NCBI RefSeq assembly: GCF_963921235.1
Contig: NC_086097.1
Location: forward strand, 110,238,001 to 110,302,000
Direction of reading: 5' to 3'
Length of the DNA: 64,000 nucleotides
Origin: Mobula hypostoma
Lineage: Eukaryota
In this document: piece by piece, positions 1-13,391 of the stretch
Position numbering within the stretch: the first letter of the stretch is position 1
Layout: each line of letters opens with the position of its first letter
Translations under genes and position numbers: made by a program
Notes under the pieces: model-generated
What the model saw: only the letters and a program-made list of their open reading frames with translations
What the model was told of the DNA's origin: nothing
Database searches by the model: none

Positions 1-410
1 TACAAGGTGAAACCTAACATCATGAATAGCTGTGATGCTTCGGTCCCAAATAAGCTCAAGGCCTTTTATACATGCTTTTAAAGGGAGAATAATACCACCT
101 CCGTGAATTCCTGCAGCAACTGGTGACCCTGTGATCCCTGTCTCGGAGGCCGATGTTGAAACATTTTTTCAAGGGGGTGAACCCTTGCAAGGCGTCAGGC
201 CCTCAGTGTTCAACGACATCTTCAGTCTCTCATTGTTGCAGTCAGAAGTTCCCACCTGCTTCAAAAGGACAACAATCATACTAGATCTTAAGAAGAGGAG
301 GGTGAGCTGCCTCAGTGACAATTGTCCAGTTGTATTCATATCTGCTGTAATGAAGTGAGTTGAGAGGTTGGTCATAGCCAGAATCAACTCCTGCCTAAGC
401 AAGGACCTGT
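1..410 (+). mobile_element. Rex1/Babar-type LINE RT fragment, 5' part (continues at 5847)
   Basis: Encodes VFNDIFSLSLLQSEVPTCFKRTTII..SCLSDNCPV and INSCLSKDL; the frame resumes after the LTR element as DLMQFAY..NRS. Confidence 0.85.
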
Positions 411-825
411 TCTCACAACCATGGACTCCTTCACATGGCCTGGCTGTCCTCACAAGTGGGCTGTGGAACGGGTTCAGCAGTCACACTTGGAAATATATAT
501 ATTCCAGCCAATTAGTGTTTCATTGCATTGGTAGTTAACCCCTTCGTCTTCTTACAGTGTGTCAAGACTTGACCAAAAACAGGTCAATGTTAGTGCTCCC
601 TGCTTACCGTTGTCCTGCTTCCAGGAAAGAAGACTACCGTTTAGACTGGCGCTTCTAAGAAGGAGTGTTTATTTAGTATTAAGCTACAACAACTGAGCCA
701 CTGTATCAGTATTAGCTTTAGATTGACAGTTCTAGTTAACAGCCCTGTTGGCCTAGTGTTTATTGTTTTTCTTTATTTCTGCACAGTCCCTACTAAAAAT
801 CAGTGAACTATTGATTCACTTCAGA

Positions 826-878
<53 letters not shown>

Positions 879-910
879 GACACTCGGGCCATAACTGCAC
901 ACCTCTGTCA
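411..910 (+). repeat. 5' LTR of the chromovirus-type element, with internal (CT)n
   Basis: Collinear with 5350-5846; both begin ..ACCATGGACTC and end GGGCCATAACTGCACACCT(C/G)TGTCA. Confidence 0.9.
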
Positions 911-2745
911 GCAAGTCACAACCAAAAGAATGGACCCAGCAGAGAGAGAACAGCTGGCCTTGGCCCTGATATTCATTGGCTGATAGGAGAGAATTTACAG
1001 TCAGTTGAAGTTGCATTGGGAAAGGTGACTCAAGCAGCGAAACCAACACTCTCATAATGAAGAGCCCAGTCCAGACCGTAGCCTGGAGGAGAAACTAATA
1101 TCAGTAGAAGCTGTTTTGGACGATGTTTCCCACGCAGCGCAATAGCAAGCATAGTCCAAGCTGGAAGAACAGATGTCAGCCTTCACAGCGGCAGTTCAGC
1201 GACTAACTGCGGAGAGCCGGAATCAGGTGGCAGCGATTATTGCTCTCCCGGCTGTGGTTCAGTAGCGTACTACCAACAGTCAGAAGCAGGTGACAGCCAC
1301 TGTCACTCTCGCCACCATGATGCAGCAGCCTTTAACCATGTCAGTCCCACTCTCAGCATCTCAGAGATATTCCTCTTCCATGGCCTCATCAACATCAATC
1401 ATTAATGCCCCAACTCCCATAACAGCGTCCAGACCAGAACCGAGTATCCCTCCACTAGGCAGATACTCTGGTTTCCCGACGGCTTTTTATTACCCAGTGT
1501 GAGCTGACGTTCCTAGTTCAGCTTGACTGGTTCGGTGTTAATGCGCGTGAACTGACGTAGATGGTGAATCTCTCAGATGGACTCCCACTCACCCTGTCCA
1601 ACGCTGTATGGCAGGGGTTCCATTCCTGCGGTCCATGGACCCCTCGGTTAATGATAGGGGTCCATGGCATAAAAAGGTTGAGAGTCCCTGCTCTATAGGA
1701 AAAAAGGTCCCCCTGCAGCCCAGTCATTTTGGCAATTTGTTGAGTTCAAGATATGGGATCAGAAGCTGAGCACCAAGATAGAGGAACAGTGAGGGACTAC
1801 ACAGTAAAGTTCCACATGCTTGATGTGGAGGCAGGGTGGAACAATAGATCACTCATCACTGCTTTCCAGTGGGGACTGAGCGTAGGGGTCTGGCACACGA
1901 TTGCAGTGTGTAACGGGCAGGACAGCCTCGCTGACCTGAATAAACTGGCTATTCCAATTGACAACTGGGTAACAGAATGGTGCAGAGAAAGAATGCCCTG
2001 AGCTACCAGCACCTTCGATCACCACATATCTGTATCCTCTCCCACATCATCTAGTGCACTGTCCGCAGAGGAGCCCATGCAGGTGGGGCATATGCACCCA
2101 TCTCAGGGGGAACATAATCAGTGCAGGAAAGCAGTTTTCTGCCTCTATTGTAGCAATTCAGGACACTTTCAGGCTTCACGTCCCAAGTGCCCTGGAAAAG
2201 CAGGGAAGGGAGTTCTGATGGATCGGTTCTCCCTGCAAGCATCTTCCCTTAATTGTGTAATGCTTTCAGCTTCCTTGTCATGGAGGTCTCAAACCTATGA
2301 GCTTCAGACGTTTAGTGACTCTAGGGTAAGATATCTCTCTGGCTCAGAAATGGAGAGTTCTGACTCAGCAACGGAGAAAAAATATTGACATCAAGGCCCT
2401 GGATGGTCAGCTTCTGTGCACCAGCAAAATCCACCTTTCCACAGAACCCCTCCAACTTGTGTTCGAAGGCAACCATACGGAACAGCTCTCATATCTCGGT
2501 TGATTCACCTGAACTACTGCTGGTACTTGGCCTTCCCTGATTGTCTCAACACAATCCATGATTGATTGGTCCCTAGGTGCACTCCAAGCGTGGGGGCCGG
2601 CATGCCTCTCTATCCGACTAAGTCCAGCTGAAGCCTCTGCCTGCAAATCCCCTCCTGTGTCAGCTGCTAGTGTGGACCTATCTCAGTTTCCAGCTGAATA
2701 TGTTGGCATTCTTGAGGTGTTCAGGCACCTCCATGCAAATATGCC

Positions 2746-3530
2746 ATGGACCCTTTACCCAGTACTCATCCTCCCCGGGGCTGGCTGTTTTCCCTCTCTT
2801 GTCCTGAAACAGTGGCTATGGAAGAATACGTCAATGAGTCATTGGCCTTAGGATTTATCCATCCCTCAACCACGCCAGCAGGAGCAGGCTTCTTTTTTGT
2901 GAGCAAGGAGAATGGCAATCTCCATCCCTACATTGATTATCAGCCCCTCAATAACATCATTGTACCTTCTTCCCCTGCTTGCCTCAGCATTCAAACCACT
3001 TCAGGAAGCAACTACTGTATATTTCCAAGATAGATCTGCACAATGCTTATATCTGAGAAGGAAACAAGTGGAAGACAGCCTTCACCATCTCCACTGGCTA
3101 ATATGAGTGCCTCATGATGACCTTTAGTTTGGCCAATGCCTCGGGTGTTTTTCAGACCCTGGTTAAAGATGTGGTCAGGGACATTCTGAATCAGTTTGTT
3201 TTTGTGTATTTAGATGACATTTTGATCTATTCTCACTCTTGCCAGGAACATGCCCAGTATGTCTGGAAAGTTCTCGGGTGGCTCCTTAACAATAAGCTTT
3301 ACAACAAGCCAGAGAAGTGTGAGTTCCACAAGGAACAGGTGCTGATTTTGGTCCATATCCTCACCCCATTCAGTGTTCAAATGGACCCTTGTAAAGTTCA
3401 GGCAGTCACAGAATGGCCCAAATCAGCAATGGTCAAACAGCTGCAGTGCTTCGTGGGGTTAGCAAACTTTTATCCCTGCTTCACTATAAACTTCAGCTCT
3501 ATCATGGCTCCCATAAATGTACTCACCTAG
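2746..3530 (+). pseudogene. Frameshifted Gypsy reverse transcriptase
   Basis: MEEYVNESLALGFIHPSTTPAGAGFFFV, FVFVYLDDILIYS, KPEKCEF in broken frames. Confidence 0.9.
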
Positions 3531-5349
3531 ACCTCTGCAGATTCCTCTGGACAAGTGGAGCAGACCAAGCATTCTCAGAACTAAAATGACACTTCACCAC
3601 TGTCCCAGACCCATCCCATCCATTTATCGTTAGATTGGATGCATCAGATATCAGCATTGTATCAGTACTCTCCCAGCGTTCTTCTGCAGGTAACCAGCTG
3701 CACGTCTGCGTCTTTCTTTCCTATCGCTTGATTCCTGCCGAGTGTAACTAGGATGTCAGGTACTGAGAACTCCTGGTTGTCAAGGAGGCCATGGAAGTAT
3801 GCCGACACTAGCTGGAGGGGGCATAGCGCCAGTTTTCGGTATGGCCAGATCACTAGAACCTCTCCTACATTCGAGATGCCGAGACCCTCAATTCCTATTG
3901 GGTTCTCTTCTTCGCCCGGTTTAATTTCACCTTCACCTACTGTCCCAGCAGCAAGAACACCAAGGCCGATCGTCTCTCCCAGCAGTTCGGCACGTCTGAG
4001 GATAGTGCCAAGCCAGAGCCCATCCTTCCTCACTCATGCATTGCTACTCCGGTGATTTGGCGAATAGAGGTGAAGATGGGGGTCTCCCAGTAGTCAGATC
4101 CAGACCAAGGTGGGGATCTCCCAGTTGGCTGTTTGTCCCTGCCACAGTACACCCCAGGTTGTTGGAAAGAGGTCACTCATCCCATCTAGTTGGACATCCA
4201 GGAATTCAATGGACCATGAAATTTATCAAGAGATGATTTTGGTAACCATCTATGTCCCTGGGTTTCCATGACTTTGTCTCTGCCTTTCCCATGTGCCCAG
4301 AACAAGACATCACCCCAGCACGCTGCAGGCCTACTATATCAGCAGCATATGCCCCACTGCCCCTGGTTCCATCTGTCAGTGGATTTCATCACTGATCTAC
4401 CCCTGTCACCCGCCTGATGGAAACACTACCATTCTAGTGGGTGTGGACCAATCTTCCAAGACTGCCCACTTCACTGCTCTCCCTAAGCTCCTGTTGGCTT
4501 GTGAGACTGCCATTCTCATGGTTCAGCATGTGTTCAGCTTCCCTCAGCACATAGTGTCTAATCTGGACCACAGCTCTCCACCCGTTTTTGGACGGCATTC
4601 TATTCTCTTGTTGGAGCCATGGTCGGTCTCTGATCTGGTTGACTCCACCTACCTAGGCCCCAGACAGAGAGAATGAGTCAGGAGCTGGAGATAACCCTGC
4701 ACTTCCTCGTCTCTTCCAACACCATGTTCTGGAGCTCCCAACTGGATCAGGCAGAGACTGCCCACAATAACCTTCAGTCATTTCCTCCTTTGAATGCCAA
4801 AAGTGATTCCAGCCACCACTCTTTCCTTACCAGGAGATTGACATGGGTGTTCTAGTTGCTGAACACTTGGTCCAAAACTACAAGTGCATGTGGAGATGGG
4901 CCTGGGCTTCTCCACTGTGCTCTCAGAAACAACACTCCTAGTAGGCTGATCAGCTCCACTGACAGATGAGGCCTCTCAAGCCAAGGGAGAAAGTCTGGCT
5001 AGCATCCAGGGATCTTTCCTTGAAGGTCAAGAGCCGAAAGTTGGCCCCACACCAAGTGGAGCCATTTGCAGTGGAGAAGGCTATCAACAATGTCTCATAG
5101 AGATCATGCCTACCATCATCAATGAGAATTCACCCAGTCTTCCAGGTTTCCAAGCTCTAGCCGATGTCTACCTCACACCCTTGGTCCAACCACAGGGCAA
5201 GGTCCAGTGTCTTGTGGATTGGGAGGGGTACAGCCCAGAGGAACGCTCTTAGGTTCTGGCCCATGATACCCTGGACAAGTCTCTCATCCAGGCCTCTGGC
5301 AGGCACAGGTCTCCGGTGCCTCAAGAAATGCGCCTAGGGAGCGGGGCCC

Positions 5350-5760
5350 AGTCATTACCATGGACTCTGCTGTGGGGTCTGCACACCCTTGCAGGCAGGC
5401 AGCAGAATGGGTTTGACAATCACGCTCATGAGTACGCATGTTCCAACCAATTAGTGTTTCTTGAGGTGGTATTTAACACCTGTCCTCTCGTTTCAGTTTT
5501 GTTGAGATTAGACCAAAAACAGAGCAATGTCAATGCTTTCTGCTTACCTGGTTTGGGGAAAGAAGACCACCACTTAGACTGACACTTTTAAGGAGTGGTA
5601 TTTATTAAGCATTAAGCTACTACTGCCAAGCCACTGTATTGGCATTCACTTTAGTTTCACAGTTCTAGTTAACAGCTCTTTTGGCCAAGAGTTTATTGTT
5701 TTTCCTTTGTTTCTGCACAGTTCCTGTTAAAAGTCAGTGAAATGTTGATCTGCTTCAGTG

Positions 5761-5814
<54 letters not shown>

Positions 5815-5846
5815 GGCAGTTGGGCCATAACTGCACACCTGTGTCA
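5350..5846 (+). repeat. 3' LTR of the chromovirus-type element
   Basis: Direct repeat of 411-910, directly after a G-rich polypurine-like tract. Confidence 0.9.
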
Positions 5847-6570
5847 CCTGGACCTAATGCAATTTGCCTATGGCCTCAATAGGTCTATGGTAGATGCAGC
5901 CTCACTGGTTCTTCACTTGGCCTAGGGTCACTCAGACCATAGCAATGACTACATCATGTTACTGTTTATTGACCACACAACGCAAACCTATCCTCCGTAC
6001 TAATCAGCACACTCCAAACCCTGGGCCTTCGTAACTCCCTCTGAAACGGGATCCTTGGCATTCTCATCGGGAGACCCCAGTCAGCGCAGATCAGAAATAA
6101 CATCTCCTCCACACTGATAATTCTGCTCTACCATCTCTACATACATGAATGTGTGGCTAGTCACACCTCAAACGCCATCTCTACATTTGCTAATGACACA
6201 CCTATTGTTGCCAGAAATTCAGATGGTGATGGGGAGGCAAATTGGAGAAAGATCAGCTGGTTGAGTGGCATCGCAACAACAACCTTGCACTCAACATCAG
6301 TAAGACCAAGAAAGACCAAGAAATTCATTGTGGATTTCAGGAAATGGAAGTCAAAGGAACACCACACACCTGTCCTCATCAATCCTCATCATGGGTACCA
6401 CTATTATTTTGTTCTCTTTTTTTCTGTACTTCTTCAATTATATATATCTTGTTGTAATTTATAGTCTTGTATTATCATGGATTGCACTGTATTGCCGCTC
6501 TAAGTGCTGTAAGACAACAAATTTCACAACATATGCTTGTGTTATTAAAACTGATTCCCATTTTGGAATT
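5847..6570 (+). mobile_element. Rex1-type LINE, 3' part with UTR
   Basis: QFAY..NRS, LFIDH, FANDT (FADDT), NNNLALNISKTK, IVDFRK motifs. Confidence 0.8.
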
Positions 6571-6574
6571 AATC

Positions 6575-6912
6575 CCAACAACGACTGCACCACTAATCCC
6601 TCCAGTTTGTCACTGGTCACAGTCTTCCAATCGGAATAGCATCCTTCCATTATTACCCTCTGCCTCTAACCTCAAGCCAATTCTGAACCCAGTTAGCCAA
6701 TTCAATTTGGATCCCATGCGTCTTAACCTTCTGGACCGGCCTACCACATGGGACCTTCTCAGATGTCTTGCTAAATTTCAGATAAACAATATTTAGTGTC
6801 TTGTCTTCATCAGTCTTCTTCTTTACTTCCTCAAGGTATTCAATAAAATTAGTGAGACAAGATTTCATCGCACAAAGCAATGATCCCCGATCAGCCCCTG
6901 ACTTTCCAAATA
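6575..6912 (-). mobile_element. Old CR1 LINE RT fragment (continues at 10179-10545)
   Basis: KSCLTNFIEYLEEV..VYLKFSK..VPCGR..HGIQ..WVQNWL. Confidence 0.8.
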
Positions 6913-9900
6913 CAGTGGATTCCGTTTAATTGGATCATCAGTTAATCGGGACAGCAGCTTCTTTGAGATAACTCTTAAAGAAGAAAAACTGGAGGGTCAT
7001 AGAGTCATAAAAAGTACAGCACAGAAACGGGCCCTTCAGCCCATCTGGCCTATGCCAAACCATTTGTTTCCCAACATGTTTTCCTTAAACTTTTCACCTT
7101 TCATTCTTAACCCATGACCTCAGGTTGTAGTCCCACCCAACCTTAGTGGAAAAAGCCTGCTTCCATTTACCCTATCAATACCCCTCATAACTTTGTATAC
7201 CTCTATCAAATCTCCTTTCAATCTTCTACGTTCCAAGGAATAAAGTCCTAACCTATTCAATCTTTCCTTATATCCTAGGTCCTCCAGACTGAAGCAACAT
7301 TCATGTAAATTTTCTTTGTACTCTTTCAACCTTATTTACATCTTTCCTGTAGGTAGCTGACCAAAACTGCACACAATACTCTAAATTAGGCCTCAACAAT
7401 GTCTTATACAACTTCAGCATAACAACCCAACTCCTGTACTCAGTACTTTGAATTATGAAGACCAATGTGCCAAAAGCTTTCTTTGTGACTCTATCTACCT
7501 GTGCTGCCACTTTCAATTAATTATGGGTACCTCTATTCTCATGTACCTTTGTTCTACCACACTTTTCAGTGCCCTGCTGTTCACTGTGTAAGACCTACCC
7601 CTGTTGGTCCTACCAAAGTGCAACACCTCGCACTTGTCTGTATTAAATTCCATCTGGCATCTTTCATCCCATTTTTCCAACTGGTCCAGATTCCACTGCA
7701 AGCCTTCCTCCCTGTCCACTACACCCCTAATCTTGGCGTCATCTGCAAATTTGCTGATCCAGTTAACAGCATTATCATTCAGATCATTGATAGAGATGAC
7801 AAACAACAGACCCAGCACTGATCCCTGTGGCACTCCACTGGTCACAGCCTCCAATCAAAGAGGCAACCATCTACTACCACTCTCTGGCTTCTCTCACAAA
7901 GCCAATGTCTAATCCAACTTACTACCTCATCTTGAATGTCGAGCAACTGAACCTTCTTGACCAATGTCCCATGCAGGGCCATGTCAAAGCCTTGCTAAAA
8001 TCCATGTAGACAATATCTACTGCCTTGCCTTCATTAACATTCCTGGTAACTTCCTTGAAAAACTCTGTAAGATTGGTTGGACATGGCCTCTCACCCACAA
8101 AGCCATGCTGACTGCCCTTAATCAGTCCATGTCAATCCAAATACTTATATATCCGGTCGCTTAGAATACCTTCCAACAACTTCCCCACTACTGATGTCAG
8201 GCTCACCAGCCTATAATTTCTTGGTTTATTTTTAGAACTTTTCTTAAATAGTGGAACAACATTGGCTATCCTCCAATCCTCTGGTACCTCACCTGTCACT
8301 AAAAATGATTTAAATATCTCTGCTAGGACACTGGCAATTTCTGCATTGGTCTCCTGAAGGGCCCGAAGAAACACCTTGTCAGGTCCTGACAAAAATTTTG
8401 CCTCAGGATAGTAAGCACCTCCTCCTCTGCAAACTGTACGGGGGAAGAAGTTGATGCCACTTTGCCTCATTTCTATAGACTCATTTCTATCAGTCTCATG
8501 AGTAAATACAGGTGCAGAAAATTTATTTAAGATCTCCACCATCCCTTTTGGCTCTATGCATGGATTATGATTCTGATCTTCCAGAGAACCAATTTTATCA
8601 CTTGTAATTCTTTTACTCTTAACATATCTGTAGAATTCATTAGGTCTATTCTTCACCTTGTCTGCTAGGGCAGCCTCATGCCTTCTTTCAGCCCTCCTGT
8701 TTTTTGTCTTAAGTCTTTGCTTGCATTTCTTGTACTCCATAAGCACCTCATTTGTCCCCACCTGCCTATTTCTGCTAGGCACCTCCTTTTTTCGCTTAAC
8801 CAGGGTCTCAATATTTCTTGAATAGCAAGGTTCCCTAAACCTGTTATCTTTACCTTTTATTCTGACAGGCACATACAAGCTTTGTACTCTCAAAATTTCA
8901 CTTGTAAAGGCCTCTCTTACCAAGCACACCCTTACCAGAAAACAACCCATTCCAATCCACACTTGCCAGATCATTTCTGATACCATCAAAATCGCAACCC
9001 ATAGACCGGACCTAACTTTTTGCGTATTTACTTTGAAACTAATGGCATTGTGGTCACCAGCTGTAAAGTGTTCCCCCACACAAGCTTTTGTCACCTGTCC
9101 TGTCTCCTTCCCTAATAGCAGATTAAGTACCACATACTCTCTCATTGGGAATTCTACATCCTGATTAAGGAAACTTTCTTGAGCATGGTGATTTTAATAG
9201 ACTTTATCCCCCCTGGTCCTTTTGAAGTATGGGAGTCCCAGTTAATATGCAGGATGTTAAAATCACCTACTATAACAACCTTACATTTCTTGCAACAGTC
9301 TGTGAACTAGCACCATCCTCAACCTGTTGGTTCCAGACTTTGTCTGTCTCCACAATGCTTCTACTAACTGTTCTGACATTCTGGTTCCCAACCCCTTCAA
9401 CTCTAGTTTAATCCCCACCATTCAGCACTAGCAAACCTTCACACTCGGATATTAATGGAGAAAATAGCCAGGATACCTTTTGTTTATTTGGGACGCCATG
9501 CCACTTAATTCGGACGGGAGACTGTTGCCAAACAATGTCAAACTAGCGTCAATCAAGTGCTCTTGTGTAGCTGTTAGACATTACATCATGCTTAGTGTGA
9601 ACAGGTTTTATATAGCATTAGTTATATGTGTTTGTGTTAAAAAAGCAGTGAGTTTTGTCACTGATAGCCGGCAAGAAATAAGCAGTAAGACAATTCAAAA
9701 CTGTTTTGCTCACTGTGCTTTCAACCATTTAGCTTGGAGATGCCAAAAACGGCAGGGAGTGAAAAATGGAACAAGTTAGAAACTACAAAGAATTTCAAGG
9801 TACTGAATATTACAATGAAAATTTGGAGCATGCAATTATCAAAAGCGTTGTATGAAGGCAGTCTATTATCTGCACTAATTGTGCTGATTTTGTTCATTTA

Positions 9901-10178
9901 CAGTCAATCAAAAGAACATGGCACTGTACACTGGATGAATCCAATGTTGGTAACTATTAGGAACTGATGAAGAGTTTTATAGTACTGTAGTAGTATTGGT
10001 AGTGTTTTAATTTGTTCTGTATGTCATCTAAGTACATAATTTGTTACCTAGATGCATGGTAGTTTGGCTTTTCTTACATCTTTTTAACTATTTCCATGAA
10101 ATTTCGTCTAGTTAGGGCGACCACTTAATTTGGCCAAAATGACAGTTCCCGCTGTGTTCAAATTTACTGGATAAACTG
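6913..10178 (+). mobile_element. Tigger/pogo-type non-autonomous DNA transposon split by a CR1 insertion (parts 6913-6994 and 9454-10178)
   Basis: TA|CAGTGGATTCCGTTTAATTGG left end; degenerate inverted right end AATTTACTGGATAAACTG; transposase C-terminal remnant VTDSRQEISSKTIQNCFAHCAF; the CR1 flanks rejoin when it is removed. Confidence 0.7.
6995..9453 (-). mobile_element. CR1/HER1-type LINE, 5'-truncated and degenerate
   Basis: NYRLVSLTSVVGKLLE, VTSGVPQGSVLG, KFADD, LYKTLLRPNLEYCVQFW, typical 3' tail; possible TSD A(C/A)TGGAG at 6988/9454. Confidence 0.92.
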
Positions 10179-10545
10179 TGTATTTAAATTCTTATCTCTT
10201 AGAATTTTCTCTGATAATTTCCTTACCACTGCTGTTAGGCTCTCAAGCCTGCACTTCCCTGGCTTAGCCCTGCTGCCTTTAAGTAAAACAGCAACACTGG
10301 CTGTCCTCCAGTATACCAGCAGCTCAGCTGTGATTAACAAAGGTGCAAAATTCTCCATATCCTCTTGTTTCCCACAACAACCTGCCTAGGATTATTCCCA
10401 TCCATTCCTTGGTACTTACTAGTTCTCTGCATTGCATAATGTCTAGCACAACTTCTTCTCAATGCTGATCTGCTCCTGTAATTCAAGTGCCCCTCCCTAA
10501 ACTCACCATCTTCCATGAATTTCTCCTTCATGAACACATACTAGG
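10179..10545 (-). mobile_element. Old CR1 fragment (continuation of 6575-6912)
   Basis: YWRTASVAVLLKG..PGKCRLESLTAVVRKLSEKILRD. Confidence 0.7.
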
Positions 10546-10675
10546 GAATAGCATCCCTGCAGGTGAGAAGGTGGGAAGAAGCGTAGTCAGGGTTAACTGG
10601 GAGTCAGTAGATTTATAAAACATGGTGGCGCATAGGCTGTCTCCAGAGATAGAGACGGAGATCAAGACAGGGAAG
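10543..10675 (-). mobile_element. Penelope-like RT fragment
   Basis: Minus strand reads FYKSTDS..DYASSH..TCRDAIP, resembling the PLE motif YxKPTDSHxYLxYxSSHP..K.AIP. Confidence 0.6.
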
Positions 10676-10847
10676 AACTAGTCTCATTTGCCTGTGTTTG
10701 GCCCATATTCTTCTAGACCTTTCCTATCACAAACCTGTCCAACTGGCTGCTAAAAGTGGCTATTATTCTTGCCTAAATTACTTCCTCTGGTAACTCATTC
10801 CATGTACTCTCTGTCATATGTAGAAAAAAGTTATTAGCACAGTTATT

Positions 10848-11645
10848 CATCATCATCATCATCAGGTGCCGTGCCCAGTTTGAGCTTTGACTGCCATGGC
10901 CCACGCACTCCTGCTTCGGGTCAAGTGAATCAATTCATTGGTATTCATTTCCAGTTCTCTGGCTGCTGTCTCCATGATCATTTGTCTTTGTCTTCCTCTT
11001 ACTTTCTTCCCTTCAATCTTTCCCATAATTACCATGCATTCTAACTCCTCTTTCCTAATCACATGTCCAATGAAGTTACGTTATCTTTTCATGATCTCAT
11101 ACATTATTTCTCTTTTCGTGTTTGCTCTGTTCACGACATCCTTGTTAGATAGTCATTTCATCCATGATATTCTTTTCATCCTCCTCAAAAACTACATCTC
11201 TGCTGCTTCAATTCGTTTCCTCATATTACTAGATAAACGTAACATTTCAGTGCTCTGAGGCAGGTTGTCATGCCTAGTTTAGTGTTGGTCAGTATACTCT
11301 TCATTCTCGTAAAGGTGTCTTTTGTCATCCCTATTCTTCTTTTGATGTCCATGTCGCACCTGCCATCTGATGTCACCTAGCTTCCTAACTAGCAAAAGTT
11401 CTATACTTGTTTTATGTCTTCCTTGTTTATTTTCAGCCTGCAGATAGGATTCCCCTTCTTTTTGGATATCTCCATGCATTCTGTCTTTTTGCAATTGATA
11501 GATAGACCCATTTCTGTACTTTCTTCAACAATTATATTAATTATGTTTTGTAGTTCTTCCTTCATACTTGCAATTAACACAGTGGCATCTGCCTATTGAA
11601 ATTATTGATGTTTTCACTGCCAACTTTGATTCCCAAGATGTCTCA
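10848..11645 (-). mobile_element. RTE-clade LINE 3' fragment with (ATG)n tail
   Basis: ADATVLIAS..EELQ..GLSINCKKTECM and GKIEGKKVRGRQR..W; (CAT)n at 10848-10863 on the plus strand. Confidence 0.85.
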
Positions 11646-11719
11646 GTTATTAGACAATTCATTTAGAAACTTCCTTACATTGATTATTTCAGCACATGGA
11701 TTATCCCTTTAGTGTATAA

Positions 11720-12195
11720 GACCATAAGGTATAGGAGCAGAATTAAGCCATCTGGCCCATCGAGTCTGCTTTGCCATTTCATCCTGCCTTCTCCCTGTAA
11801 GAAGACTTGGAGGAGATTTGATAGAGGTATACATAATTATGAGGGGTATTGATAGGATAAATGTAAGCAGGCTTTTTTCACTGGAGGTTCTGTGTGACTG
11901 CAACTAGAGGACACAGGTAAAGGGTGAAAAGTGAAAAGTTTAAGGGGAACATGAGGGGAAATTTCTTTGCTCTGAGGGTCATAAGAGTGTGGAACGAGCT
12001 GCCAGAAAATGTGATGCATGCGAGCTTGACATTTAAGAGAAGTTTGGGTACGAACATGGCTGGGAGGGGTATGGAGGGCTACGGTCCCAGTGCAAGTCAA
12101 TCGGAGTAAGCAGTTTAAATGGTTTGGCATGGGCTAGATGGGCTGAAGGGCCTGCTTCTGTGCTGTACTTGTCTATGGCTCTGTGATTCATTATT
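11720..12195. mobile_element. Two CR1 3'-end fragments in opposite orientation
   Basis: Minus-strand tail ATAAGACCATAAG..GGCCCATCGAGTCTGC, then plus-strand GDLIEVY..FKGNMRGNFF..VWNELP with tail. Confidence 0.8.
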
Positions 12196-12703
12196 ATCAC
12201 AGGGTGACCAAAACTGAACACAGTATTCCAAGTGGAACCAAGATGGTGGCCAACAGCCAACGTGACTGATGGCAACATCCTGCTGACAGTTCACAAAACC
12301 ACTTCTTCTTCTTTAAATGTACGTCTACTGCAATGCTGTGTGCAATTGGATCCTGTAAGTTACATTTTGATAATGTGTTTTTGGGCGGACTGATCAATCT
12401 GGTGCTTTGGCTGTCTCTGAGAGTTTAGTGTTTGGCCTAATGAAGGAGTACAAACTTTGATCGGCTTCAATTCCCAACCAACTCATTAATTAAAGCATTC
12501 AATAGATTGAAATCAACGAAGATGAGGGTGGAAAGTGAGGTGGTGTTCAGCGCCGTCAGCCTGCCAGTTGCCCTCTCCCCCTCACTCTCTGCTGCCAGAG
12601 GAAGTTGCAGGGATCATGGATCTTGGGCAAGATTTGATCAATGTGTTTGTGAATTGAACTAAAATTTAGAGGACTCTGCAGTTCATCTTACATATGTTTC
12701 TGG

Positions 12704-13298
12704 TGTCTTACGATGATGAGCAAAGTTCAATTCAGTTCGTGGTATTGAGTTGAGTAGTGATGGAGAGCGAGAGAGAGAGGGAGAGGTTTGAGTCTTCTGG
12801 TGAGCTGACGCCGTCGATCTTCCCATTGTCCTCTGAAATCCTTTAAAAGTCACCGACTGTGACCACAACAAAGGGGACCGTTCTTCTGTGGTGGAACTAT
12901 CAATCCCGGCGAGGGTTGGACACACGAATAACGCCCCACCGGTCATGCCCTGTTCACACTGCGAGAGCCACTGATTGATTCGCCTGATCGTTCCTCCCAA
13001 AACCCACTTTTCCTGTGGACACAACAAAGCTCATACAGTGTCCAAAACCATGTGTCTCAGGTCTATCATCTGACCTTCTACTTATCTCCCCATGCTGAAT
13101 ACCAACTGACACTCAAACAGCTCCTCCCTTCTCTGTCTGTAAGAATATCCAAGCAGGCAGCGACCTTGTAGAAATGTAAACATACTGTGAGCAGTCTTCG
13201 CCTCTCTCTCTCTTAAAAAGAAGATGTCGGTGTTAAATACCTCTCTCTCTCTTTTTTCAAAAGCACAGTTCATAGGAGTAATTCAGGACCCCATCACA
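12704..13298 (-). repeat. 3' LTR of the Gmr1-type element (209-bp internal deletion)
   Basis: Matches 18091-18094 joined directly to 18304-18879. Confidence 0.9.
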
Positions 13299-13391
13299 CC
13301 CCCTTCCTTCAGAAAAAAAATTTTGACCCTTCCCTAGAAGTTTTGTTAGGGGGAGAGCAATGTCTGCAAAGTTCTTCCAAAACTTACGATA

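Larger units (their letters stand above)
411..5846 (+). mobile_element. Degenerate full-length Ty3/Gypsy chromovirus-type (sushi-like) LTR retrotransposon
   Basis: Two ~500-bp direct repeats; gag start MDPAE at 930; zinc-knuckle remnant CLYCSNSGH ~2140; RT YLDD ~3205; integrase ~4100-4860; chromodomain LVDWEGYSPEERS ~5200-5290; purine tract before the 3' LTR; flanks CCTGT (406-410) / CCTGG (5847-5851). Confidence 0.93.

Noticed and set aside
828..878. (CT)n microsatellite as an independent feature
   Set aside because: Part of the LTR; present at the same position in the 3' LTR
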